Source: Clostridiales bacterium
Lineage (GTDB): Bacteria > Bacillota > Clostridia > Saccharofermentanales > Saccharofermentanaceae
Direction: 5' to 3'
Assembly (NCBI GenBank): GCA_017515465.1
Contig: JAFWFV010000054.1
Location: 1,479 to 65,478, forward strand
DNA length: 64,000 nt
Below the pieces are notes generated by a model. It saw only the letters and a list, made by a program, of their open reading frames with translations. It did not search any database and had not been told where the DNA came from. This document shows positions 1 through 9,645 of the stretch, one piece after another (position 1 is the first letter of the stretch; the number at the start of each line of letters is the position of its first letter). Position numbers and translations under genes: made by a program.

Positions 1-458
1 GAGTCTGCAGATTCCGGTACATTCTCGTGGAGCCACAGCATCTTGGTCGCTGAAAAATACGGGTCTATCTTAAGGCCTGTCTTGTTGCAGATCTCCTGTT
101 CACGGCTCCTGATATCGGATCTCCTGCAGATCTCCGATGTCCTTCTGCACTGCCATACGATGGCCTTGTAGGGACTCTTGAACGAGAACTTGTCAAAGGC
201 TATTGTAGTCTCACGCTGGTTTGTGATTCCGATGCCGTCTATGTCCCTTACTGCAAAGGGATTCTCGCTGATGAGATTGGCCATTGCCTTGATCACAGAG
301 TAATAGATCTCCCGGGGATCGTGCTCAACATATCCCGGCTGGGGATAATACTGGGTGATGGGTACGGGAGTGCCCGCCTTGATCACGCCTTTCCTGTCCA
401 GGAGAAATGCCTTGGTGGAAGTTGTTCCCTGATCGATGCAAAGAATGTAATGCTTCAT
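1..458 (-). CDS. glpK: glycerol kinase, N-terminal part (gene runs off the left edge)
   Basis: Reverse translation from the ATG at 458-456 gives MKHYILCIDQGTTSTKAFLLDRK. This carries the FGGY-kinase DQGTTS phosphate-1 motif. The frame stays open to position 1. Confidence 0.8.
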   Translation of the reverse strand, partial: MKHYILCIDQGTTSTKAFLLDRKGVIKAGTPVPITQYYPQPGYVEHDPREIYYSVIKAMANLISENPFAVRDIDGIGITNQRETTIAFDKFSFKSPYKAIVWQCRRTSEICRRSDIRSREQEICNKTGLKIDPYFSATKMLWLHENVPESAD

Positions 459-463
459 GACTC

Positions 464-2068
464 TTACCTGAAATAGATCCTGTTGAGGTCTCTGTACCAG
501 TCATCGTCTATGCCGTCCAGATCCTCCTTCGTAAACCTTACCCTCCAGTTGCCGGTCGCGGTTCCCGGGATGTTCATCCTCGTATCTCCGCCGTATCCCA
601 GCATATCCTGGATGGGGATTATCACTACATCTGCGTGGCTCATCCAGAGAGTCTTGATGACGGCTCTGCAGGACTTGCTCCTTGTGCCGCCTTCGCCCCA
701 GTTGTCGCCCTCGAACCCGCAGTATTCCAGACAGCATCTCCTGACCTGTTCAGGAGCATCATAGAGCCATCCCAGAAGGGTGTTGTTATCGTGAGTTCCG
801 GTATATGCAACGCAGTTCTTTGCAAAGTTGTGGGGCAGGAATGAACTGTCATCACCGGGATTGAATGCAAATTCCATTACTCTCATTCCGGGGATATGGA
901 CATTATCCATGAATTCCTTGAGGTCGGGAGTCATCTCGCCCAGGTCCTCTGCAATGAGCCTGGACCTGTCGCCGAACTTCTTATCCATTACCTCGAAGAA
1001 TTCCAGTCCGGGTCCCTTTTTCCATTCACCCTCCCTGGCAGTCTTGGCATTAGCCTCAACCTCCCAGTAAGAGGAGAATGCGCGGAAGTGGTCGATCCTC
1101 AGATAGTCGTAGAGCTTATAGCTCTCCTCGATACGTGTCATCCACCACTTGTAGCCGTCCTTCTTGTGCTTGTCCCAGTCGTAGATGGGGTTGCCCCAGA
1201 GCTGTCCGTCCTCGGAGAAATAATCCGGGGGAACGCCTGCCACCTTGTCAAAGATCAGAGCCTCCTGCTTGACCTTCCTGACATCCTTGGCAGCTTCCTC
1301 TCCGCCTTCCTTTACAGCCTTCTTGACGGCCTTTTCATATTCTTCGATGAGTTTCTTGACCTTGGCAGGATCTGCCATCTTGAACTGTTCCCTGGCACCC
1401 CATACATCAGCGGAGTCACCTGAAACATAGATGGGCATGTCGCCGATAATAGCTATGCCGCACTCGTTGATCTCCTTTTTGACCTCAGCCCATTCCTGCA
1501 TGAAGATGTACTGCACGAAAGCATGGAACCTGTAATTATCGGTCTGTCTCATCTTATCAACTGCCTTGGGATCGCAGTTCTTAAGCGCCTCGTCAGTCCA
1601 GTCCCACCATGCCTGCTGGTAATTCTCGTCCTTGATGGCCTGATATACTGCTACGTCATCAGCCCACTTATTGTCCTTGGCAAACTTTGTGACCTCCTTC
1701 ATGAGATCCTCGCCTGCCCTGGAATATGCCTTCCTCAGGAGTTCCTCCCTGGCAATCCTCAAGAAATCGTAATCAACACGCCACTTGTTAACGTTATACT
1801 CCGCATTGACGACTTCGTCAGGTGTGAGAAGGCCTCTCTTCATGAGCCTCCTGGGATCTATGAACATCCAGTTGCCTGCAAATGCGGAAAAGCTCTGATA
1901 GGGTGAATCACCCATGCCGGGATATGTAAAAGGCAATACCTGCCAGTACTTCATTCCTTGCTTCTGAAGCTGCCTGGCAAAGCTGATAGCCTCCTCTCCA
2001 AATACTCCGATACCGAATGGTCCGGGAAGTGATGCGATGTGCATCAGAACGCCGCCGCCTCGTCTCAT
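464..2068 (-). CDS. malQ: 4-alpha-glucanotransferase (amylomaltase, GH77)
   Basis: 534 aa. The N-terminus GVLMHIASLPGPFGIG and the internal IDHFRAFSSYWEV are typical of MalQ/GH77. A GGGGGA Shine-Dalgarno lies upstream of the ATG. Confidence 0.9.
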   Translation of the reverse strand: MRRGGGVLMHIASLPGPFGIGVFGEEAISFARQLQKQGMKYWQVLPFTYPGMGDSPYQSFSAFAGNWMFIDPRRLMKRGLLTPDEVVNAEYNVNKWRVDYDFLRIAREELLRKAYSRAGEDLMKEVTKFAKDNKWADDVAVYQAIKDENYQQAWWDWTDEALKNCDPKAVDKMRQTDNYRFHAFVQYIFMQEWAEVKKEINECGIAIIGDMPIYVSGDSADVWGAREQFKMADPAKVKKLIEEYEKAVKKAVKEGGEEAAKDVRKVKQEALIFDKVAGVPPDYFSEDGQLWGNPIYDWDKHKKDGYKWWMTRIEESYKLYDYLRIDHFRAFSSYWEVEANAKTAREGEWKKGPGLEFFEVMDKKFGDRSRLIAEDLGEMTPDLKEFMDNVHIPGMRVMEFAFNPGDDSSFLPHNFAKNCVAYTGTHDNNTLLGWLYDAPEQVRRCCLEYCGFEGDNWGEGGTRSKSCRAVIKTLWMSHADVVIIPIQDMLGYGGDTRMNIPGTATGNWRVRFTKEDLDGIDDDWYRDLNRIYFR

Positions 2069-2185
2069 TTGTCAGTTCCCCCTAATATTATAATATGGTC
2101 TAACCTGGCTATTATAACACTTAAGGCGCTGATTTGATATATTACTGTACTGCCGGCAGGGTGGCAGGGGGGATGCGGGGTGCCC

Positions 2186-2385
2186 GGGTAGAGATTTGGT
2201 CAATGTAGATCTTTACTCTACCCTTTACTCTACCTGGGTAGAGATTTGGTCAATGTAGTTTTTTACTCTACCCTTTACTCTACCTGGGTAGAGTTTTGGT
2301 CAATGTAGTTTTTTACTCTACCCTTTTTCCTACCTGGGTAGAGTTTTGGTCAATATAAAGATCTACTCTACCCTTTACTCTACCT
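2186..2385. repeat. 50-bp tandem repeat, 4 near-identical units
   Basis: Units start at 2186, 2236, 2286 and 2336. Each reads GGGTAGAG-N22-CTCTACCC-TTTA-CTCTACCT, so each unit and each unit junction is an inverted repeat. Confidence 0.9.
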
Positions 2386-3475
2386 TTTCAGCGTCAGGCC
2401 TGGCTTTTGATAACTTCTGGCCGAGGATCAAGATAACTGTCACCAGCGCAACAAAGAGGAAGACAGCAAATACTATCATCCAGACGAACATGTCGGTCAT
2501 GGTCTGCTGGGCAGACATCTCCCAGAAGGGCAGTTCATACCCTGACAGGAAGTTTCTCATCTCGCCGGGAGGGGTCATGTGATCTATTACATTTCCGGGG
2601 GCGAACCTGTCAGTTATGCTTACAACGTAGAATCCGGGTGACGAGATGTTATATCCCGGGATGGAATTTCTCACATCTATCACTGCAACGCCATCTACGG
2701 ATTCCGGCATCATGACCTCATAGGACAACACTGCCGGCGTAACAGGTGTCTCAGATGAGGAGCAGTACTCCTCCAGGCAGTCGAAATAGACATATGCCCT
2801 CAGAGCCCTGTCATCGTGCTCGTCCACTACGCCTATGATCGTATATTCCCTGTCCCACAGGGTGACACGCTCACCGATGACATCGTAGGAGCTGAAGAAC
2901 TTCCACGCCAGTTCGTCATTCAGGACTATCTGGTACTTGTCAACATCCTGGACAGGCAGGAATCCGCCTGACAGGAACTCAAAGGGATGAAAAGCCCTGT
3001 AATTGCCTGATACTGCGTAGATGTCAGCTTCACTATTGATCTCGAAATCCTGATGGGTGCATACCAGATCCGCCCTGACAAATGAACAGAATGCATCTGT
3101 CCAGCCCTCGGGATCTATTGGTTTGTCGGTAGATCTCCTTCGGACTCCTGATGCGGAATCGACGACGCCCTGCAGTACCTTGCGCATGTTATAGATGTCG
3201 GTCTTGGCCAGGCTCTGGCCGTATTCGGTATAGACTGAAGGCGTCTTGTCACCGCCCGATCTGGCTCCTCTGGAGTAGACTGCCACGTGCCTGAACGATG
3301 TCTCTCCTCCCTGACTCCACACTGAGGCCTGGTTTCTCTCAGGGCGGGACCTGTATCCTGAAACGATGCAGATGACGCTTACGATGCACATGATGATGCT
3401 AACGGCAAGTATCACCGCCGGGACATTCTTCAGAAATGAAATGATCTTTTCTCTCATGTTACTTGCCTGCCGCAT
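2375..3475 (-). CDS. MacB/FtsX-type permease-like membrane protein. It keeps the N-terminal TM and the extracytoplasmic core domain but lacks the C-terminal FtsX bundle, so it may be truncated.
   Basis: 366 aa with an N-terminal TM (VPAVILAVSIIMCIVSVICIV). A MacB_PCD-like segment is present (YQIVLNDELAWKFFSSYDVIGERVTLWDREYTIIGVV). Only one further TM precedes the stop, which lies inside the tandem repeat. Confidence 0.5.
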   Translation of the reverse strand: MRQASNMREKIISFLKNVPAVILAVSIIMCIVSVICIVSGYRSRPERNQASVWSQGGETSFRHVAVYSRGARSGGDKTPSVYTEYGQSLAKTDIYNMRKVLQGVVDSASGVRRRSTDKPIDPEGWTDAFCSFVRADLVCTHQDFEINSEADIYAVSGNYRAFHPFEFLSGGFLPVQDVDKYQIVLNDELAWKFFSSYDVIGERVTLWDREYTIIGVVDEHDDRALRAYVYFDCLEEYCSSSETPVTPAVLSYEVMMPESVDGVAVIDVRNSIPGYNISSPGFYVVSITDRFAPGNVIDHMTPPGEMRNFLSGYELPFWEMSAQQTMTDMFVWMIVFAVFLFVALVTVILILGQKLSKARPDAEKVE

Positions 3476-5165
3476 CCTCGAGTCTCACGCGCTGTCCGTC
3501 TTCGAGTGCTTCATCGCTCCTGATGACTACCATTCCTTCATCCAGACCGTCACCTGAGATGGCAGACATTGCTCCGTCCGTTGCCTCGACGGATACATCA
3601 ACCCTGTGCACTGTATAAGTATTGCCGAAGGGCGATCTGTTCTCGCTGATCATGTAGACGAAGGTGCCGGAGTTATCCTCATTTATCGCACCTGATGAGA
3701 CTATGTGGTCGTAGTCCTGATTGGAGCGGTTGGCAACTACTGAAATCGTCTCACCGGGCAGGATGTATTCAGCCTCCAGAGAGCACTTTACGATCCTGCT
3801 CTCCCTGGGTGATTCGGGATCAGGTTTGATGGATATGATCCTGCATGAATCCAGCCAGTACTCATCCGACGTCAGTTCCATTCCGGGCTGAAGGCCTGTG
3901 ATCGAAGCCGTAGGGAACTTAAACGAAGCGGTATATTCCGTAACATCCGGAACGATGATCAGGATGACGGAATCCTTTTCCATGGTATCTCCGTCATCAA
4001 CAGCCAGAGCGAATATCTGACCTGCTGCAGGAGCCTTGATCTCAGTGGCGTTCAGGTTAGCCTCCAGCTCAGCGATCTGCGTCTGGAGCTTTGTGATCTG
4101 GGCAGCCCTGTCAGATGCCTCGTCGCGCGCCTTGTCACGCTCGATGCCCGCAGTGGTCTGGGCATTGGCCAGAGCCCTCTGGGCTGATGTCAATCCTGCC
4201 TGGGCTGTCTCTACAGATGATCTGGCAGACGATACGGAGGGCAGTCCTTCCGCTGTCTCGATGGCTGATTCCGCCTCCTCTATCGCTGCATTGCAGTCAG
4301 CAAGTCTCGAGGATGCCTCATCCAGTCTGGACTGTGCAGATGACAGCTGAGACTGCAGTTCAGTTATCCGGATCCTTCTTTCCTCGATCTCCGCCCTCAG
4401 TTCACCGATCCTGATGGTTCCCTGACTGGGTGTAACTGGTTCTTCGCCCTCTCCGGGTTCTTCGCCCGGTTCCGCCTGCACCGGAAGGGGTGTCGGCGTA
4501 GGGGTGGGGACACCAAGATTCTCCAGCGTTTCTATCTGATCCTCTCTGGTCCCGATCTCGCTCTGCAGTGTGGATATCTGTGAATTGATCGACTCCAGTG
4601 TAGTTGATGCAGAATCAACTTCTGCAGAAAGCGATACGGCCAGCGGCCTGTTCTGTTCCAGTATGGTATTTGCCGCAGCGATCTTATCGCTCTTTCCACG
4701 GGCGGCATTAAGTGCGTCACGGGCTTCATCCAGTGAGACCTGCGCAGACGTTATACCGGCTCTCATTGTATCGTAATCAGTCTCATCGGGAGTCCTGGCA
4801 GCATAGTCCGCCTCTCTCTGAAGCGTGGTCAGCTGCGCCCTGAGTTCATCCAGCTCGCTCTGATCCTCGACGGGATTGAGCGTCATGAGCACGTCTCCTG
4901 CCGCCACCTCATCGTAATCAGATATAAGGACCTGGTCTATGACCCTGCCCTCAATCCCCTTTACCCTGTATGAGGTAACGGGCTCGACAACGGCAGAGGA
5001 ATTGTTCGTGTATGACAGGTTGCCCCTGACCGCACGTTTTCCCACTACCTTCGGTATCATCAGGTTCATTATCGTGTTCGAAAAGAACGTCAGTAATGCC
5101 AGACATGCCACAAAAACTATTATGGCCTTTGTTACCCACTTGCGGTTCTTAAACTTTTCGCTCAT
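3459..5165 (-). CDS. HlyD-family membrane-fusion (periplasmic adaptor) protein with a long coiled coil
   Basis: 568 aa with an N-terminal TM. It has a lipoyl-like hairpin (ISDYDEVAAGDVLMTLNP ... IKAPAAGQIFAL) and a long heptad-rich middle interrupted by PTPTPTPLPVQAEPGEEPGEGEEP. An AGGGAG Shine-Dalgarno is present. Confidence 0.75.
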   Translation of the reverse strand: MSEKFKNRKWVTKAIIVFVACLALLTFFSNTIMNLMIPKVVGKRAVRGNLSYTNNSSAVVEPVTSYRVKGIEGRVIDQVLISDYDEVAAGDVLMTLNPVEDQSELDELRAQLTTLQREADYAARTPDETDYDTMRAGITSAQVSLDEARDALNAARGKSDKIAAANTILEQNRPLAVSLSAEVDSASTTLESINSQISTLQSEIGTREDQIETLENLGVPTPTPTPLPVQAEPGEEPGEGEEPVTPSQGTIRIGELRAEIEERRIRITELQSQLSSAQSRLDEASSRLADCNAAIEEAESAIETAEGLPSVSSARSSVETAQAGLTSAQRALANAQTTAGIERDKARDEASDRAAQITKLQTQIAELEANLNATEIKAPAAGQIFALAVDDGDTMEKDSVILIIVPDVTEYTASFKFPTASITGLQPGMELTSDEYWLDSCRIISIKPDPESPRESRIVKCSLEAEYILPGETISVVANRSNQDYDHIVSSGAINEDNSGTFVYMISENRSPFGNTYTVHRVDVSVEATDGAMSAISGDGLDEGMVVIRSDEALEDGQRVRLEDAAGK

Positions 5166-5183
5166 CTTCTTTATTCTCCCTCA

Positions 5184-6239
5184 TCATTTTACTCCGGCCT
5201 GAGAAACACCTTCTACCAGATAATCCTCACCTCTGAGGAATATCAGGAGAGGCGGCACCATATATAACGCACATGCGGCAAAAGCCATTCCTATCTCATC
5301 CATGTTCACCTGTGCCAGGAACACGGATAAAGGTCTCTTTTCCTCCGATGACAGCATGATCAACGGCTGTTCGACCATGTTCCAGTAATCGATGAACAGG
5401 AGGATGGCCATTGCGAATACCGCATTCTTGCAGTTCGGAAGGACTATGCGTGTAAAGATCTGCCACTCCCCCGCACCGTCGATCCTGGCGGCTTCGATAT
5501 ATGCCGACGGTATCCTGCGCATGTATTTGGTCAAAAGGAACACCGAGAAAGTCGAGAAGACTCCCGGAAGGATTATGGACAGATACGAATCCAGGATGTT
5601 CAGTTTGTCGCTGATCAGATAGTTAGGAACGAGCGTTACCTGGAAGGGCATCAGCATCAATATGACGTAGGAGAAGAACAAAACCTCACGTCTCTTTCTC
5701 CTGTATCTCATGAAGCTGTAGGATGCCATTGATGCGACTATGAGCTGTCCTGCTACTATGGGAACCGTCAGGAGTATGGAATTCCAGTACCTGAACAGAT
5801 AGGAAGGTGTCATGAACAGCAATTTGGAATACTGTTCGACGCTGACCTGCTGGGGGATCAGCTGCAGCTGTGGTCTCCTCGACAGGAACTCTGCCGCACC
5901 GTTGGAGTCTCCGGGCAGGCTCTGAAATATCACGCCGTAATTGGATGTGATCTCTGCAGATGACATGAAGGAATTCAGAAAGGTAAAGAATATCGGTATC
6001 AGAGCCAGCAGAGCCGCCGCTGATATTACCGCAACTCCCAATGCCGTAAATATCCTGTTCTTCAGTCTTCTCTTTGCCAGGATCTTTGCATTGCGAGATC
6101 TGGCGCTTGAAACAAACTTGATCTTTTCCTCAGGCTTAAGCGAGGAAAAATATGAGCTGACCTCCGGCGTAGGCTTATAGACATTACGCCTGGCCAGGGT
6201 TGCCTGTCTTCTTCTCATCTCACGTATCCGGTCATCCAT
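5184..6239 (-). CDS. carbohydrate ABC transporter permease (MalG/CUT1 type) with a basic N-terminal extension
   Basis: EAA-loop region AARIDGAGEWQIFTRIVLPN. I prefer the start at M15 (ATG 6239-6237) because a GGAGGAG Shine-Dalgarno sits 7 nt upstream and this removes the overlap with the upstream gene. The ORF track extends to 6281. Confidence 0.85.
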   Translation of the reverse strand: MDDRIREMRRRQATLARRNVYKPTPEVSSYFSSLKPEEKIKFVSSARSRNAKILAKRRLKNRIFTALGVAVISAAALLALIPIFFTFLNSFMSSAEITSNYGVIFQSLPGDSNGAAEFLSRRPQLQLIPQQVSVEQYSKLLFMTPSYLFRYWNSILLTVPIVAGQLIVASMASYSFMRYRRKRREVLFFSYVILMLMPFQVTLVPNYLISDKLNILDSYLSIILPGVFSTFSVFLLTKYMRRIPSAYIEAARIDGAGEWQIFTRIVLPNCKNAVFAMAILLFIDYWNMVEQPLIMLSSEEKRPLSVFLAQVNMDEIGMAFAACALYMVPPLLIFLRGEDYLVEGVSQAGVK

Positions 6240-6243
6240 AAGG

Positions 6244-7167
6244 TCACTCCTCCGTTCCGGAATCCAGCCTGGATTCCGCAAAGAACAGGATACCCACTAT
6301 AACCACCATGGCGATGCACATTACGACCGCTCCTGTTGACAGCTGTGAATAATCCAGATGCGTAAATTTGTTGTTCATGAAATGCTGCAGAGTATAGAGC
6401 TTGTCGTAGGGATAATCACCCGTCAGGAGGTACTCCTCCCTGAAGATCTTGAACGAATTTATAAGGGACATTATCGCTACGAAAAAGATGGTCGGTCCCA
6501 GATAGAACAGCCTGATGGAAAAGAACCTCCTGATGGCTCCTGCACCGTCCATGACGGAGGATTCTATGATCTCCTGAGGGATGCTGTTCAGGGCGGACAG
6601 GAACAGGATAATGTTCAGTCCCAGGTTCTTCCACAGGAACAGCAATATCAATACTATCTGACCCATCTCATCCTTCATCCAGTCGATCCTGTCAACATTA
6701 AACAGTTCGCCCAGCCATCCGTTCAGCATGCCGTTAAAGCTGAAGAACACCTGCCATATCAGAACGATGGATGCAACGGGCACCATCATGGGCGTCAGCA
6801 GGATGCTCCTGAAGATGCTCCTGCCTGGGATCTTTGAATTGAGGATCAATGCCAGGAGCAGTGACAGCAGTACACCCGCAGGAACGGCGACCGCAGAGAG
6901 GACCGCCGTATTACGTGATGCAGTAATGAATGCTTCGTTCGTCAGGACGTTGGTATAGTTATCCAGTCCTGCAAAGCTGCTGTTGGTCGCAGACTTCTGA
7001 AATGACATCCTGATCAGCATTGCAAAGGGAAAGAAAAAGAACAGTATGACACCCGCAAAAGAAGGGAGGAGAAATCCTGTGGATACTCCCCACTCCCTTA
7101 TCCTTGCTCCGGTCCGGGACAGGCTCTTATGCCTCTTCTGCTTTTGTGTCATACTGCTGTTATCCAT
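6244..7167 (-). CDS. carbohydrate ABC transporter permease (MalF/CUT1 type)
   Basis: 307 aa and multi-TM, with the EAA loop ESSVMDGAGAIRRFFSIRLFYL. Confidence 0.85.
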   Translation of the reverse strand: MDNSSMTQKQKRHKSLSRTGARIREWGVSTGFLLPSFAGVILFFFFPFAMLIRMSFQKSATNSSFAGLDNYTNVLTNEAFITASRNTAVLSAVAVPAGVLLSLLLALILNSKIPGRSIFRSILLTPMMVPVASIVLIWQVFFSFNGMLNGWLGELFNVDRIDWMKDEMGQIVLILLFLWKNLGLNIILFLSALNSIPQEIIESSVMDGAGAIRRFFSIRLFYLGPTIFFVAIMSLINSFKIFREEYLLTGDYPYDKLYTLQHFMNNKFTHLDYSQLSTGAVVMCIAMVVIVGILFFAESRLDSGTEE

Positions 7168-7181
7168 CTATCCTTATTCTA

Positions 7182-9479
7182 TCAGTAATTCTCCTGGGCA
7201 TATACCATGTATCTGGAATACAGGGCATCTGCCACGGCTTCGATACTCTTTCCCTGTGTATAATACGTATCTATCTCCTCTTTTGTGACATTGTACAGAC
7301 CCCAGTCGTAAACACTCACTGTATCTGCTGCCTCTATCTGAGCCAGATAATTATCTTCCAGTTCCCGGGACATCGGTATAACGGGGCCCTGATCGCACCA
7401 GCCGGTCGCTCCCTGATCGCGGACGAACCTGTTCATATAGAGCATGCGCTGTTCCCTGGTGCATCCGTCCGGGTTCTTCATGATCTCAAGGTATTCGTTA
7501 AAGACATCTTTGTTTACCGGTACCGCACCCGAAGAACAGATATTGTGCTGAGACCGTCCTGACAGAAGGGTGTTGATGAATGAAATACATGCGTCCTGTT
7601 TATCTGTCGAGGAAGACACTGCGACTGAGCATGTGGGAACTATCTCGTGTACTGAGCCGTCGATGGAAGGGTAACCCACATACACCGGATATTCTCCGAA
7701 TTCCTTTCTCAGCATATCGTAGAAATATACATCTCCGAAAACGTCCTCATATAATGATACCCTGCCTCTTGCAACCTCTCCGGGATCAATGTACTCCTGG
7801 TACTGCATGGCATCCATCTCCTCCTGGGATATGCCGTTTTCGATCGCGAATCTCACGATGTCCAGCACGCCTTCAGATGTGAGCTTACCTGACCGGTATA
7901 TCCTCTTAAGATCGCATCCCAGAGAATTATACACCAAATCGGTTGAAGTGATCTTGGCCTCAAAACTCTTCCGGTCATTATTGAACCCGTGAAGTGATGA
8001 TACGGATACTTCCGTATCGAATTCGCTTTTCTTTCCAAACAGACCGTAAAGATAGTAACCTGCAAAGATCTGATATACCTTTCCGTCATCCCTGACCAGC
8101 TTATCGCTGAGCGATGACATGTCGAGCACCTGCGAAACATCCATGATCAGGCCGTTTTCGCCAAGGTAGTCGTAGTCCATGAAATCACCGAAGAACATGT
8201 CGGGGACATCTCCCGATGAATACTTCGTCATGAGCTGTGCCCTGACCGCATCATTATCCGTTTCTTCACTCATATCGTACTGACTGTCCAGATCATCGAG
8301 CTTCAGGTAATAATCCTGCTGAGTGGTATTGAATTCATAAGCAGCATTTGCAATGTTACGGTCATTTACCACTCCGAATCCCTGAAGGGTTATCTTCTCC
8401 CTGTCTGCCAGATGGAGATCCTCGTTTACCGATATCAGAGAGATCTCCTCAACATCCAGGTCCTCACCATGATATATGTAGTCACGGTACATATGTGTTT
8501 CATCCAGGAATTTATAGGACAGATCGATATATGAATTTCCGCAGACCGTGGGGGGCTGGATGACCATATTTCCCTTGTCTGCGATGGGCACTGCCTGCTT
8601 ATTTTCCAGATCTATCCTGACCAGTTCGGTGCCTACAGTATCGCAGCAATAATAATTGCAGTAATCTGCTCCGTACCAGTCCATGAGCCTCACTCCACCC
8701 AGTTCAGCGGTGGTGCAGTACCTTTCAACAGTCTCCAGATCCATGTCGATCTCGTAGTACACGTAACTGTCTTCATCATACGCCATTGCTACTTCAGTCA
8801 TGGGGCCACTGCCCATGTCCGACATGTCCATTCCGTATCCGTAGAGCTTTCCGTTCTGTTCAAAGACACCATTCATGTCGAATGAACTGTTATCGTATTC
8901 GAACTCATCCGTCAGATTGCCGTCACGGTCATATCTGCTGATCTTGGTGCCCTGCATACGGACAAAGCCTTCATCCGTCTTTGCAATGCTGCTGTAGAAG
9001 GAGTAGTCATCCGGCTCGGCACTGCCCTGCTTGATCAGATTACCATCGTAATCATAAAGCAGGAAGCCTGATCCGTCGCAGCATACCGCAAACCGGTCTT
9101 CCCCTATATCACAACAGCTCCACACTGAAGCTTCCCGTGGGATCTCCAGTTCCACTTCCTTTTCTATCTGTCCATCATAATTGCAGATGTATAAGTAATC
9201 CTGATCCACGCTGTCAGACTCATCGTCGCAGCCTGCGTATGAACGCGCTAATATGCATGCCTTGTCTCCATAGGCGAAAGGATAGATCGAATCAGACTTA
9301 CGGGGAAGGGTAACATTCTTTCCCACAAAATACGTATTCTTGTAATCCGAGGCTGCCGCCGGATCATTTCCTCCACCGGGAACATTCCCCGGTTCGTCTT
9401 CATCTTTGCTGCATGATGCTAATGAGAGCATCATGCTGAGCATAACTACACCTGCGATCAATCTGTTCTTGTTCATCAT
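7182..9479 (-). CDS. large lipoprotein: N-terminal extra domain of about 350 aa plus a C-terminal family-1 solute-binding-protein-like domain
   Basis: 765 aa. The signal peptide carries the lipobox LSLASC. The C-terminal half has SBP-like segments (SSGDVPDMFFGDF...). It sits directly upstream of the two CUT1 permeases and is a paralog of 10738-13074. Confidence 0.6.
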   Translation of the reverse strand: MMNKNRLIAGVVMLSMMLSLASCSKDEDEPGNVPGGGNDPAAASDYKNTYFVGKNVTLPRKSDSIYPFAYGDKACILARSYAGCDDESDSVDQDYLYICNYDGQIEKEVELEIPREASVWSCCDIGEDRFAVCCDGSGFLLYDYDGNLIKQGSAEPDDYSFYSSIAKTDEGFVRMQGTKISRYDRDGNLTDEFEYDNSSFDMNGVFEQNGKLYGYGMDMSDMGSGPMTEVAMAYDEDSYVYYEIDMDLETVERYCTTAELGGVRLMDWYGADYCNYYCCDTVGTELVRIDLENKQAVPIADKGNMVIQPPTVCGNSYIDLSYKFLDETHMYRDYIYHGEDLDVEEISLISVNEDLHLADREKITLQGFGVVNDRNIANAAYEFNTTQQDYYLKLDDLDSQYDMSEETDNDAVRAQLMTKYSSGDVPDMFFGDFMDYDYLGENGLIMDVSQVLDMSSLSDKLVRDDGKVYQIFAGYYLYGLFGKKSEFDTEVSVSSLHGFNNDRKSFEAKITSTDLVYNSLGCDLKRIYRSGKLTSEGVLDIVRFAIENGISQEEMDAMQYQEYIDPGEVARGRVSLYEDVFGDVYFYDMLRKEFGEYPVYVGYPSIDGSVHEIVPTCSVAVSSSTDKQDACISFINTLLSGRSQHNICSSGAVPVNKDVFNEYLEIMKNPDGCTREQRMLYMNRFVRDQGATGWCDQGPVIPMSRELEDNYLAQIEAADTVSVYDWGLYNVTKEEIDTYYTQGKSIEAVADALYSRYMVYAQENY

Positions 9480-9608
9480 AGTGATCTCCCTGTACCCGTT
9501 TTTTACATGTCAAAAGAATTCGCACCTTTTGGCTTTCAAAAGGATTGTAGCAACGACATGTGTACAAGTTGTCACATACTTGCACCGTTTCAGTTCAAAT
9601 CTGAAAGT

Positions 9609-9641
9609 ATTATAAAAAAAAGTTGTATCGTAAATATATCG
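9609..9641 (-). promoter_or_regulatory. candidate activator-dependent promoter: CGATAT-N5-CGATAC-N10-TATAAT
   Basis: The minus strand reads CGATATATTTACGATACAACTTTTTTTTATAAT. The same architecture and spacing recur at 13103-13135, upstream of the paralogous gene. Confidence 0.4.
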
Positions 9642-9645
9642 CCGT

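Noticed and set aside
896-1906. Plus-strand ORFs of 175 and 127 aa (896-1423 and 1523-1906).
   Set aside because: Both are antisense to malQ, whose GH77 identity is unambiguous.
2186-2385. Possible CRISPR array, given regularly spaced repeats containing palindromes.
   Set aside because: The units are contiguous 50-bp near-identical copies with no unique spacers between them. No cas genes are present in the window. The same reasoning applies to the arrays at 18478-18665, 23553-23745 and 45332-45580.
4440-4500. PT-repeat DNA (PTPTPTP) in the HlyD-like gene, and similar linkers in the lipoproteins, as possible slippage-prone contingency loci.
   Set aside because: The nucleotide sequence is not a perfect short tandem repeat because codon usage varies. 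Phase variation is therefore unlikely, and these are ordinary Pro/Thr linkers.
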